From an uncultured bacterium (GTDB lineage Bacteria; Zixibacteria; MSB-5A5; CAIYYT01): DNA of 64,000 nt. The stretch covers positions 1,630,857 through 1,694,856 of the forward strand of contig CAVSCK010000004.1 of the NCBI GenBank assembly GCA_963726455.1, given 5' to 3'. Below the pieces are notes generated by a model. That model saw nothing but the letters and a program-made list of their open reading frames with translations, did not search any database and was not told the origin of the DNA. Positions 43,495 to 53,492 of this stretch are shown here, piece after piece. Each line of letters opens with the position of its first letter. Positions within the stretch are counted from its first letter, which is position 1. The translations under genes were made by a program, and so were the position numbers.

Positions 43495-44853
43495 CTACAC
43501 AACTCCCTGATCAATCATCGAGTCAGCAACTTTCACGAAACCGGCGATGTTGGCGCCGTTAACGTAGTTGACAAAATTCCCTTCGCGACCGTATTCAACG
43601 CACTGCGCGTGAATGGCCTTCATGATGCCATGCAGGCGCTGGTCGACTTCTTCGCGGCTCCAGGAAAGACGCAGACTGTTCTGCGACATTTCCAGGCCTG
43701 AAGTTGCGACACCACCGGCGTTGGCGGCCTTGCCGGGACCGTAGAGAATTCTCTTATCGATATAGACTTTGATGGCATCCGGCGTTGACGGCATATTGGA
43801 GCCCTCGCTAACCAGATAGACGCCGTTCTTCAGCAAGTTTTCGGCGTCTTTGCCGTTGATTTCGTTCTGCGTCGCCGACGGAAACGCGCACTGTGCTTTA
43901 TGATTCCAGAGCGGGTTATAGTCCATCTTGGGATCAATTGCGGTGTAGACGGCGCTTCTGTACTTGTCGGAATACTCTTTGATTCTGCCGCGGCGGACGT
44001 TCTTGAGATCCATGATGAACGCCAATTTTTCGCGATCAATACCGGCTTCATCATAGATATAGCCGGTTGAATCAGACAGCGTCACAGCTTTGCCGCCGAA
44101 ATCAAGAATCTTCTCGACAGTGTACTGCGCAACGTTGCCGGAACCAGACACCAGGCAGATCTTGTCTTTCAGAGTCTCGTTTCTGGTCGACAACATTTCC
44201 TGCGCGAAGTAGACCGAGCCATAACCGGTGGCCTCGGGGCGAATCAGACTGCCGCCCCACTTGAGCCCCTTGCCGGTCAGCACGCCGACGAATTCATTGC
44301 GAAGCTTCTTGTATTGTCCATACAGGAAACCGATTTCGCGTCCGCCGACTCCGATGTCGCCGGCCGGCACGTCAGTATCCGGGCCGATATGGCGGAAAAG
44401 TTCGCTCATAAAGGCCTGGCAGAATTTCATGACTTCAAGATCGGACTTGCCCTTGGGGTCGAAATCCGAGCCACCCTTACCACCGCCCATAGGCAGCGTG
44501 GTCAGACTGTTCTTGAAGACTTGCTCGAAGGCAAGAAACTTGAGAATGCCAAGGTTGACCGTCGGGTGGAAACGCAGACCGCCCTTGTACGGACCGATGG
44601 CGCTATTCATCTCGATGCGATAACCACGGTTGACTTGAATTTGTCCACTGTCGTCGACCCAGGCGACACGAAACATCAGAAGTCTTTCGGGTTCGACAAT
44701 CCTCTCCAGAACTTTGTGTTCGCGATAAACGGGGTGTTTATCGAGAAATGGCATCAGGGATTCAACCACTTCCTGGACTGCCTGGTGAAATTCTTTCTCT
44801 CCCGGATTCTTCGCAATGACATGCTCCATGAAGGCAGCAACTTTGCTAGACAT
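43495..44853 (-). CDS. gdhA: NADP-specific-type glutamate dehydrogenase
   Basis: Motif PMGGGKGGSDFDPKGKSD. 452 aa. Confidence 0.8.
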   Translation of the reverse strand: MSSKVAAFMEHVIAKNPGEKEFHQAVQEVVESLMPFLDKHPVYREHKVLERIVEPERLLMFRVAWVDDSGQIQVNRGYRIEMNSAIGPYKGGLRFHPTVNLGILKFLAFEQVFKNSLTTLPMGGGKGGSDFDPKGKSDLEVMKFCQAFMSELFRHIGPDTDVPAGDIGVGGREIGFLYGQYKKLRNEFVGVLTGKGLKWGGSLIRPEATGYGSVYFAQEMLSTRNETLKDKICLVSGSGNVAQYTVEKILDFGGKAVTLSDSTGYIYDEAGIDREKLAFIMDLKNVRRGRIKEYSDKYRSAVYTAIDPKMDYNPLWNHKAQCAFPSATQNEINGKDAENLLKNGVYLVSEGSNMPSTPDAIKVYIDKRILYGPGKAANAGGVATSGLEMSQNSLRLSWSREEVDQRLHGIMKAIHAQCVEYGREGNFVNYVNGANIAGFVKVADSMIDQGVV

Positions 44854-45200
44854 CGAGATTCTCCTTATATCTATAAAGGTGTGTTTGGAAACAAACCTTC
44901 ATCCGTCAAATTAAAAAAGTTGCAACAAGGAATGGCTCGCCGCGAGTCATCTTTGTTACAAATTTCACAAGGAAGTAAACAGAGGAAGCGCCCAGAGTCA
45001 AGGAAAATATTAGCCGAAAGTCGAAAAACGATTAGAATAATCAGCTTTACTTTGGGGTAATTATTGTGGCAGCGGGGCGGAACACGAAGCTTGTGCAGCG
45101 TCGGTCTGGCGATGAAATTGTTGTGGTTATCATCAAGAACGAAACCCAGTTGCGTACGATTTGTACGAGAAGCATGTCTTGAGAAACCATCGGAGGAACC

Positions 45201-46562
45201 ATGGAACCGTTCAAATACCATGTTTACGTCTGCGATCAGCACAAGCCGGAGGGTGCACCCTGCTGTGCGGCACGCGGTTCGGGGAAGGTTATTGAAGCAC
45301 TTCGGCGTGAAATCGGAATCAAAGGACTCGCGAACGAAGTGCAAGTCACAGCTTGCGGTTCGCTTGGCATGTGTGAACGTGGGCCGAATATGGTGGTCTA
45401 TCCTGACGGAATTTGGTATTCGGGCGTTCAGCCCGAAGATGTCCCGGAGATTGTCGCCAGTCATTTTGTCGGAGGAAAACCGGTTGAGCGGCTGGTCAAC
45501 CATGATGCCGGTGTCTTGAAGTCCGAGATTGCAGGCAATCGCAGCAAGATGATGGAAGCGATGTCCATGCGCGACAAGGCGGGCATTCTTCCCGACGATT
45601 TGCAGCTTATGATAAATGGCTTTCGCGAAAGTCGCGTGATATTGACCGCCATAGAACTTGACTTGTTCACTGCTGTTGGAGAGGGCTCGACCAGTGGCGA
45701 AGTAGCTAAACGATTGAAGACAGATGAGCGAGCAACTGAAATGATCTTGAACGCTATGGTCGCGATTGAACTGCTGGAAAAGCAGGGCCACACGTTTCGG
45801 AATTCGCCGGTTGCGACCCGGTTCTTTGCCGCGGGTTCACCGCACGATTCACGGCTGAGTTTGAAACATACAGTAAATCTTTGGCCGCGCTGGTCAACGC
45901 TGACGGAATGCGTCCGCACGGGGACATCGGTCACATACAAAGAATTCGCCGACCGGGACGACAACTGGACGAATTCCTTTATCGCCGCCATGCATGCCAA
46001 CGCATCGCTGAGAGCGCAACAGGTTGCGAACGCCGTTGACGCGGGCAGGTTTCAAAGGATGCTTGATGTTGGCGGAGGTTCCGGCGCCTACTCAATCGAA
46101 TTCGCTCGGGTGAATCCGCGACTACATGCGGTCGTACTCGACCTGCCCACTGTTGTGCCCTTGACTCAAAGTTACATAGCAGAGGCGAATCTGTCTGACC
46201 GTATCACAACGCAAATCGGTGACATGTGCACCGACGATTTCGGCAACGGCTTTGATCTGGTAATCATGTCAGCCATCTGCCACATGCACAGCCCGAAGAC
46301 GAATATCGAACTGTTTCGGAAATCGTTCGACGCCTTATCACAAAATGGTCAGATAATTGTACAGGATTTCATTCTGGAGCCGGGCAAAACGTCCCCGCGT
46401 TCGGGGGCGCTGTTTGCTTTGAATATGTTGGTTGGTACGCGGGAGGGAAGCACATACAGTGGAGACGAATACCAGCAATGGTTGCGGAGTGCCGGGTTCA
46501 CGGAGGTCAAATACTTGCCGTTTCCGGGACCGACGGGGCTGATGATGGGAACGAAACGGTGA
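45201..46562 (+). CDS. Fusion protein: N-terminal thioredoxin-like [2Fe-2S] ferredoxin domain plus class I SAM-dependent O-methyltransferase
   Basis: The N-terminus (YHVYVCDQHKPEGAPCCAARGS ... ACGSLGMCERGPNMVVYPDGIWY) carries four Cys in a NuoE-like pattern. LDVGGGSGAYS is the SAM motif, with an OMT-like C-terminus. Confidence 0.6.
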   Translation: MEPFKYHVYVCDQHKPEGAPCCAARGSGKVIEALRREIGIKGLANEVQVTACGSLGMCERGPNMVVYPDGIWYSGVQPEDVPEIVASHFVGGKPVERLVNHDAGVLKSEIAGNRSKMMEAMSMRDKAGILPDDLQLMINGFRESRVILTAIELDLFTAVGEGSTSGEVAKRLKTDERATEMILNAMVAIELLEKQGHTFRNSPVATRFFAAGSPHDSRLSLKHTVNLWPRWSTLTECVRTGTSVTYKEFADRDDNWTNSFIAAMHANASLRAQQVANAVDAGRFQRMLDVGGGSGAYSIEFARVNPRLHAVVLDLPTVVPLTQSYIAEANLSDRITTQIGDMCTDDFGNGFDLVIMSAICHMHSPKTNIELFRKSFDALSQNGQIIVQDFILEPGKTSPRSGALFALNMLVGTREGSTYSGDEYQQWLRSAGFTEVKYLPFPGPTGLMMGTKR

Positions 46563-46624
46563 GCGAGCGCCGAATTATGGGGGCAAGCAGTTGAATTTGA
46601 ATTCCTACTAGTGTATGATAGGGT

Positions 46625-47302
46625 ATGTCCAACTCCGAATTGCTGCATAACAGCCAACTGTGCTTCCACCTCACTCCTCCGGAGATGGAGCAATTGCTTA
46701 GGATTGTCGCCATACGTGATGTCGCCAAAGGGGAGCTGATCTTTCTGGAAGGCGATGAAGCAGCGGGGTTCTACGTTCTGCTTCGTGGAAGTGTCAGAGT
46801 ATACAAGGCATCACCTGACGGGCGTGAATACACACTGCATCGTATCAAACCGGGACAGGTTTTCGCCGAGGCAGCAGTTTTTCACGGAGGGAAATATCCT
46901 GCCAATTGCGAAGCGATTTCGGGTGCGACAGTTGCTTTCTTCCCCAAAGTCGACTTTGTTCGTTTGATCGAGCAGAATCCGCAGATGTCGCTCAAAATGA
47001 TAGGGAGCATGGCGGCGTTTCTGCGCGACTTCAATCAGACCATCGAAATGCTTTCCCTAAAAGAGGTCTCAGCGCGCCTGGCATCTTGGCTATTAAACGC
47101 AACGGAGAAATCGAGAACTAATGTGGTACTGCTGCAAATGACCAAGGGCGACCTGGCCGACTTGTTGGGATCGGCAAACGAAACGCTCTCACGTAATTTG
47201 CGTAAGCTGACCGACCTGAAGATAATCGCGGTTGATAACAAAGAGATCACAATTCTCGATCCGAAGCGGCTTGAACTGATTGCTTCAGGAGAGAAAGTCT
47301 AA
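46625..47302 (+). CDS. Crp/Fnr-family transcriptional regulator
   Basis: cNMP-binding domain plus a C-terminal HTH. 225 aa. Confidence 0.75.
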   Translation: MSNSELLHNSQLCFHLTPPEMEQLLRIVAIRDVAKGELIFLEGDEAAGFYVLLRGSVRVYKASPDGREYTLHRIKPGQVFAEAAVFHGGKYPANCEAISGATVAFFPKVDFVRLIEQNPQMSLKMIGSMAAFLRDFNQTIEMLSLKEVSARLASWLLNATEKSRTNVVLLQMTKGDLADLLGSANETLSRNLRKLTDLKIIAVDNKEITILDPKRLELIASGEKV

Positions 47303-47499
47303 GCCCTTTCCCTACCCTCCCTTCCTTAGCGCCTCCACCTTAACGCATTGCGACACAATCGGTTTACGCTGTAGTCAACTCGCGGCGCCGTCGACCGGAG
47401 AAAATGTCGCGAAAATTGACTTAGGTCAAATCCATTGTGGACTGTGTCGCTAGATTATGTCCATCGCCGCCGATAGTGCACGTAGAGGATTGTGGGAAT

Positions 47500-48633
47500 A
47501 TGGCAAGTACGAAGAGAGATACAATGAATGTCGAATCGGGCACCGAGCCGATCAAGGCATCAAAACCTATCCGCAACATCGAGAAATCGATGCAGAGTTA
47601 CCGCCTTGCGATTCAAGTGGCGTTCGTACTGCTCTGCATCTGGATCGGGATCGAATTTCACTTCTTCGTGAGATATCTGGAATCAGGAGGCACAAAGACA
47701 CTCGTCAACCGCCCGCCGGGGGTCGAAGGATTCCTGCCGATCAGCTCGCTGATGAGTCTTTACTATTTCTTCCAGACCGGCGAAATTCATTCCGCTCATC
47801 CGGCGGGATTGTTCATTCTGGTCGCGATTCTGGTCATGTCGCTCGTCTTCGGCAAGGTCTTTTGCTCGTGGCTGTGTCCAATCGGGTTTATTTCGGAAGT
47901 CCTCGGTGATCTCGGCGACAAGGTGTTTAAGAAAAGATTGCGGCTGCCGCGCATGTTGGATTGGCCGCTGCGAACGATCAAGTATCTGCTCTTAGGATTC
48001 TTCGTTTACGTGATTTTCTTTGCGATGTCATCTCTGGCGCTGCGGGCGTTTCTCGACAGCGCCTATAATCAAACGGCGGACATCAAAATGTATTATTTCT
48101 TCGCGGAGATTTCGCCTTTCGCGTTGGGAGTGATACTCGCGCTGGTGCTACTATCAATAGTCATCAGGGGATTTTGGTGCCGCTATCTCTGCCCGTACGG
48201 AGCGCTTTTGGGCATTCTCTCGATTCTGAGTCCGCAAAAAATCAAACGCAATCCATCAAGTTGCATTGACTGCGGCAAGTGCGCCAAGGCCTGTCCGGCC
48301 TTTATCCAGGTAGACAAAGTCAATTCGGTGTTGTCGGATGAGTGCACCTCGTGCCTGAGTTGCGTCGATGTCTGTCCGGTCGCCGACACATTGGGACTGC
48401 ATTCAGTTGTGGCGCGACGCAAAGTTTCAAAGAGACTCGTGGCGCCGATAACGGTCGGTATCTTCATAATCTTCACCGGAATTGCGATGCTGACCGGCCA
48501 CTGGCGGAACAACATAACGACACAGGAATACCTTCAACATGAGCAGAACGTTAAGAGTTACGGGCATCCGATGACAGGCAACGAGATGTCAAGATTTGAT
48601 CACGAGCATTCTCACAGTGATGAGCAAAAATAA
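47500..48633 (+). CDS. NapH/MauN-family polyferredoxin-like membrane protein with two 4Fe-4S motifs
   Basis: CSWLCPIG and CRYLCPYG motifs, CIDCGKCAKACP and CTSCLSCVDVCP ferredoxin motifs, several TM helices. Confidence 0.6.
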   Translation: MASTKRDTMNVESGTEPIKASKPIRNIEKSMQSYRLAIQVAFVLLCIWIGIEFHFFVRYLESGGTKTLVNRPPGVEGFLPISSLMSLYYFFQTGEIHSAHPAGLFILVAILVMSLVFGKVFCSWLCPIGFISEVLGDLGDKVFKKRLRLPRMLDWPLRTIKYLLLGFFVYVIFFAMSSLALRAFLDSAYNQTADIKMYYFFAEISPFALGVILALVLLSIVIRGFWCRYLCPYGALLGILSILSPQKIKRNPSSCIDCGKCAKACPAFIQVDKVNSVLSDECTSCLSCVDVCPVADTLGLHSVVARRKVSKRLVAPITVGIFIIFTGIAMLTGHWRNNITTQEYLQHEQNVKSYGHPMTGNEMSRFDHEHSHSDEQK

Positions 48634-48648
48634 GAAAGGGTCATAACG

Positions 48649-49884
48649 ATGAGCGAACTGATTAACAATGCGGAGAGGCGCAAGGAAACTCTCAAGCATC
48701 TGATTCTGCAACTCCACAAGGGTGAAACAGCAGGCGCCGTGCGCACGCAGTTGCTGCACTTGCTGGGCGAGGTTCCCTATCACGAAGTGGTGGCGATCGA
48801 ACAGGAGTTGATCGCTGAAGGGATGCCGACGCAGGAAGTTCTCAGCTTTTGCGACCTTCACAGCGCCGCGCTCAAAGGGCAGATCGTCCATGAAGGAAGC
48901 AAGATCCCGCCACCAGGGCATCCGGTCGACACCTTCATTAAGGAGAATCGCGCGATCGACTGGGAGTTGAAGTCGCTCACGGAATTATTTGAAGAGATTG
49001 ATGGCCTCGAAGGCGAAGCTATGGCAGAGAGTCTCGCCGCGAAAATAAGAATTCACTTCAACGCTCTGGCTGATGTCAATAAACACTATCGCCGCAAAGA
49101 GAATCTGGTGTTCCCATTTCTGGAGCAACATGGCATCACCGGGCCGCCGACGGTCATGTGGGGCAAACATGATGAAATCCGCGAATTGTTACAGGCGGCA
49201 GATGAGGCGTTGCGAAGCACGCCATCACTCACGGCAAACGAACTGCGCAGTCTGATCGGATTTGTATTGCGGCCGACCATGGACGCCATTTCCGAGATGA
49301 TTTACAAGGAAGAGCACATTTTGTTTCCGATGTGTATGGACACTCTCAGCGAGAAGGAATGGTATCAGGTCTATTCGCAAAGTATCGAGATCGGTTACTG
49401 TCTGCTTGATCCGGCTGATGAATGGGAGCCACAGGAAACGGATTCGGCAGTGCCTGAGGATTCAAAGGACGGGCGCATTCAATTGCCCAGTGGCAATTTT
49501 ACAGCGACGGAACTCACGGCGATCCTGAACACCATACCGTTCGATCTGACCTTCGTGGATAAAGACGATACCGTGCGGTACTTCACTCAAGGACGCGAAA
49601 GAATTTTCGATCGAAATCGCGCGATTCTTGGCCGTAAAGTGCAAATGTGCCACCCGCCTAATAGCGTCCATATCGTGCAGAAGATTCTTGACGACTTCAA
49701 GTCAGGCGCGGCCTCCAGGGCACCGTTCTGGATAAGCCTCAAGGGACGTTTCATTCACATTGAATATGTCGCTTTGCGCGACAAGCACGGCGCATATCTG
49801 GGGACGCTGGAAGTCAGTCAGGATCTGACCGAAAAGCGCGGATTGACAGGTGAACAACGTTTACTCTCTTATGTGAAGGAGTAA
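48649..49884 (+). CDS. DUF438-family protein (hemerythrin-like plus PAS)
   Basis: 411 aa matching the DUF438 architecture. Confidence 0.55.
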   Translation: MSELINNAERRKETLKHLILQLHKGETAGAVRTQLLHLLGEVPYHEVVAIEQELIAEGMPTQEVLSFCDLHSAALKGQIVHEGSKIPPPGHPVDTFIKENRAIDWELKSLTELFEEIDGLEGEAMAESLAAKIRIHFNALADVNKHYRRKENLVFPFLEQHGITGPPTVMWGKHDEIRELLQAADEALRSTPSLTANELRSLIGFVLRPTMDAISEMIYKEEHILFPMCMDTLSEKEWYQVYSQSIEIGYCLLDPADEWEPQETDSAVPEDSKDGRIQLPSGNFTATELTAILNTIPFDLTFVDKDDTVRYFTQGRERIFDRNRAILGRKVQMCHPPNSVHIVQKILDDFKSGAASRAPFWISLKGRFIHIEYVALRDKHGAYLGTLEVSQDLTEKRGLTGEQRLLSYVKE

Positions 49885-49887
49885 AGA

Positions 49888-50421
49888 ATGGCACAGACAA
49901 AACAACAAGATGCGATAACACCCGACAGCAGGATTGGTGTGCTACTTGAACAATATCCTCAGTTGGAACAGAAACTGCTCCAGATGTCGCCGGCGTACTC
50001 CTATCTGCGCAATCCCATTCTGCGCCGGACTGTGGCTAAAGTGGCAACGCTGCGGCAGGTCGCCAGGATCGGCGACATCCCGATTGCCACGCTGATCAAT
50101 ACGTTGCGACAGGCGGCGGGCATCGCGGACGAATGGACCGAACAGAACACCACTTCGAGTACTGGCGCCGCACCTGGCTGGATGCAAGATGCCAAGGTTT
50201 TGCAGACACTAGATGCACGCCCCATCATTGCCGGAGGCGGTCATCCGATGGAGCGAGTTCTATCCGAGATGAAAGATCTGCCCGCCGGCGGAATCTTCCT
50301 GTTGGTTACACCGTTCTTACCGGCGCCATTGCTTGACATTATCAGGAAGAAAGGTTACGAGGTCTGGACGGAAACCAAGAGCCCGGCGCTATTTGAGAAC
50401 TACCTGTTCAAAGCGCACTGA
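49888..50421 (+). CDS. DUF1858 (redox-disulfide-like) domain protein
   Basis: N-terminal DUF1858-like region. 177 aa. Confidence 0.45.
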   Translation: MAQTKQQDAITPDSRIGVLLEQYPQLEQKLLQMSPAYSYLRNPILRRTVAKVATLRQVARIGDIPIATLINTLRQAAGIADEWTEQNTTSSTGAAPGWMQDAKVLQTLDARPIIAGGGHPMERVLSEMKDLPAGGIFLLVTPFLPAPLLDIIRKKGYEVWTETKSPALFENYLFKAH

Positions 50422-50551
50422 AGGCGGAGATATTTTGCAGTTCCCTGGGAATACCCGCGGATCCAAATTACCGGATGGGACAGCAAACAAAGGCGCGGAA
50501 ACGCGCAGAAATGCCCTGGAAGCTTACCAAAATAAAGCTCTCCTTTGCCTG

Positions 50552-50580
50552 TTGACATGGAAAAAGTGCCGACATATATT
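50552..50580 (+). promoter_or_regulatory. Sigma70-like promoter for tRNA-Gln (TTGACA, 17 nt, TATATT)
   Basis: Direct read of the sequence. Confidence 0.5.
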
Positions 50581-50597
50581 AGTGGCCACCAAATCAC

Positions 50598-50671
50598 TGG
50601 GAGATGGTGAAATGGTATCACTACTGACTCTGGATCAGTCGTTCGGGGTTCGAATCCCTGTCTCCCAGCCA
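50598..50671 (+). tRNA. tRNA-Gln (anticodon CUG), CCA encoded
   Basis: Manual fold: acceptor tgggaga / tctccca with U1-A72, G73 and CCA (bacterial tRNA-Gln hallmarks); D-arm gtga-aatggta-tcac; anticodon arm actga-ctCTGga-tcagt; T-arm cgggg-ttcgaat-ccctg. Confidence 0.85.
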
Positions 50672-51177
50672 CTTTTTGTCACACAATGACCTGCAGACTG
50701 AGCCAAGATTTTTCCCCAGCCCCATTCTTTTGGGCGAGTCACGAAAAAGAGACTGAGGTTAGTGAATATACTGGGTGTTGGATCGTCCGTGATCGCTCTC
50801 CTGACCAAAGAAGCCGGCAACACGGCTTCAACAAAACATCCTAACCAGCTATTAGCCCAAGCCCCACTTCTGCTTAGATTCAGCTGACGCCAACCACAAG
50901 TTAGCGACTTAGTCCCTTTTTCATCCCTTTGGACGATGGATTTGTCGTGCCTCTCTCCGTAACTTCTAGTAACGCCCGGAAAATACCCGGCGCCCGTTAA
51001 TACGCGTGGCGACTGAAGTTAACAGAATTCCCGATGTATAGGGCGAGGTTTCCGGCGACTATTTTGCGATGATCTGAGCGCGGTCTTAAGCAGTTGCGTT
51101 CGCACATAGGAAACACGTGTGGGATGGTCCTTTTGCGTCGCTTCACCAGGTCGAAACAAGAATAATGAGGTACACAA

Positions 51178-53492
51178 GTGGCTGTGAATAAGGAAATGCT
51201 GGTGGCGGAACAGAGCTTAGTGAATTCGACTCTTGGCCGAGTAGCCTTTGTCGGCAATTATCTGCCGCGCCGGTGCGGCATTGCCACGTTTACCACCGAT
51301 TTGTGTGAAGCTATTGCAGCGGAGTTTGGTGACATAACTTGCTTTGCAATGCCCGTCAATGATATTGCAGAGGGTTATGCATATCCACCTCGCGTTCGAT
51401 TTGAGCTGACCGAGAGAGATATTGAATCCTACCGCCGCGCAGCGAGCTTTCTAAACATCAACAGTGTTGATTTGACGTGCCTGCAGTTTGAATACGGTAT
51501 CTTTGGTGGACGCGTGGGCAGTCACGTCCTCGCTCTCTTGCGTGAATTGCGCATGCCAGTTGTCACAACTCTGCACACAATCCTCGTCGAACCAGATCCC
51601 TATCAGCGACAAGTTCTGGAGGAAGTTGCGTCTCTTTCAGATCGATTGGTCGTCATGAGCGACCGCGGCAAGGACATGCTGGAAGAAATCTATCACATCC
51701 CTTCCGAGAAGATAGATATGATCCCCCACGGCATTCCTGACGTGCCATTTGTAGACCCCAGCTTCCACAAGGACCTGTTCGGGGTTGAAGGCAAGATGGT
51801 ACTGCTCAGTTTTGGCTTGCTCTCCGCAAGCAAGGGAATCGAGAATGTCATCGAAGCACTGCCGGCAGTTCTTGGTCGATCATCCAAATGTAGTATACAT
51901 CATCTTGGGCGAGACCCACCCGCACGTGAAAAAGGTCGAAGGCGAGGCATACCGACTGTCTTTGCAGTGGCTGGCTCGTGAGAGAGGCGTGGAAAGCAAC
52001 GTCATTTTCTACAACCAATTCGTCAGCCTGGAGGAACTCATTGAATTCATTGGCGCCGCAGACATTTACATTACGCCTTATCTGAACAAGGCACAGATTA
52101 CTTCTGGGACGCTTGCATACACTCTGGGTGCGGGCAAAGCCGTGATTTCAACGCCGTATTGGTATGCAGAAGAAATGCTGGCCGAAGACCGGGGCGTACT
52201 GGTGCCGTTCGCCGACCCCCCCGCTCTGGCTGAGAAGATTATCGATCTACTAGATGATGAAGCCAAACGCCATGCGATGCGCAAAAGAGCCTATTTGTTC
52301 GGGCGGGAGATGATCTGGCCGCAGGTGGCTCGGCGTTACCGGGAGAGTTTTGATCGAGCTCGAGCCGAACGGCGGCATTACAGTAATCGCGGCTTTGCCG
52401 TCAAGGCTCTCAACCAGTATCCGGGTGAACTCCCACCGCTCAAACTCGATCACCTGCGTAACATGACAGACGAGACCGGAGTCCTGCAGCATGCGATATT
52501 CACGGTTCCGAACTATAATGAAGGATACACCACCGACGACAACGCCCGCGCTCTAATCGTGAGCGCCCTCCTGGAAGATCTGGGTGATCAAGAGGCATTC
52601 GGACTTGCGTCCCGTTATCTTGCCTTCATTTGGTATGCTTACAATGGCGAGACCCGGCGCTTTCGAAATTTCATGACGTACCAACGGACCTGGCAGGAAG
52701 AAACTGGATCCGACGACAGCCATGGCCGGGCTTTGTGGGCACTCGGAACGGTCTTAGGCAGCTCTCACACACCGGCGTTGCACAGTATGGCCGGCTGGTT
52801 GTTCGAGAAAGCTTTGCCGGCAATTAGCGACACTACAAGTCCTCGGGCCTGGGCATTTGCGCTGATCGGCATTCACGAGTACATGCGTCGATTTGCCGGA
52901 GACCGTCGAGCCAGTCAGGTTCGAGAGGAGTTGTCCGCGCGCTTGTTGGCGCTATATCAAAGAAACCGTACGGACGAATGGCGGTGGTACGAGGAAGGAT
53001 TGACTTACTGCAACGCGGCCCTTGCCCCATGCCTTACTCCTATGCGGTCGATGGATTCCTAATCCTGCCATGTTTGATGCAGGACTGGAGTCGCTGAACT
53101 GGTTGGCCGAACTGCAGCGGGCCAACAAAGGAGGTCATTTTGTCCCGATCGGGTCGAATGGGTTCTACCGCAAGGGAGGCGATCGTGCGCGATTTGATCA
53201 ACAGCCGGTAGAAGGTCAGGCAATGGTGTCTGCATGTCTTGAAGCATTCCGGATCACCCGAGACGAACGTTGGAACAAAGAGGCCCGCCGAGCTTTCGAG
53301 TGGTTCCTGGGACGCAACGACTTGAATACTTCCATATATGATCCTACAACAGGCGGCTGTCGAGACGGATTGCATCCCGACCGACCCAACGAAAATCTAG
53401 GCGCGGAGTCTACGCTTGCATTTCTTCAGTCTTTGCTGGAACTGCGCCTGGCAGAGAACACCTTCGTACCCGTGGAGACACAATCCAGATGA
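51178..53492 (+). pseudogene. GT4-family glycosyltransferase fused to an (alpha/alpha)6-barrel-like glycoside-hydrolase-like domain; frameshifts near 51872 and 53020
   Basis: Three consecutive ORFs (51178..51981, 51785..53062, 53022..53492) continue the same protein. Extra G in cttggtcg and extra C in ggccctt. Confidence 0.55.

Noticed and set aside
50672-51177. Possible genomic-island junction at tRNA-Gln
   Set aside because: No integrase, no tRNA 3'-end direct repeat and no mobile genes in the window.
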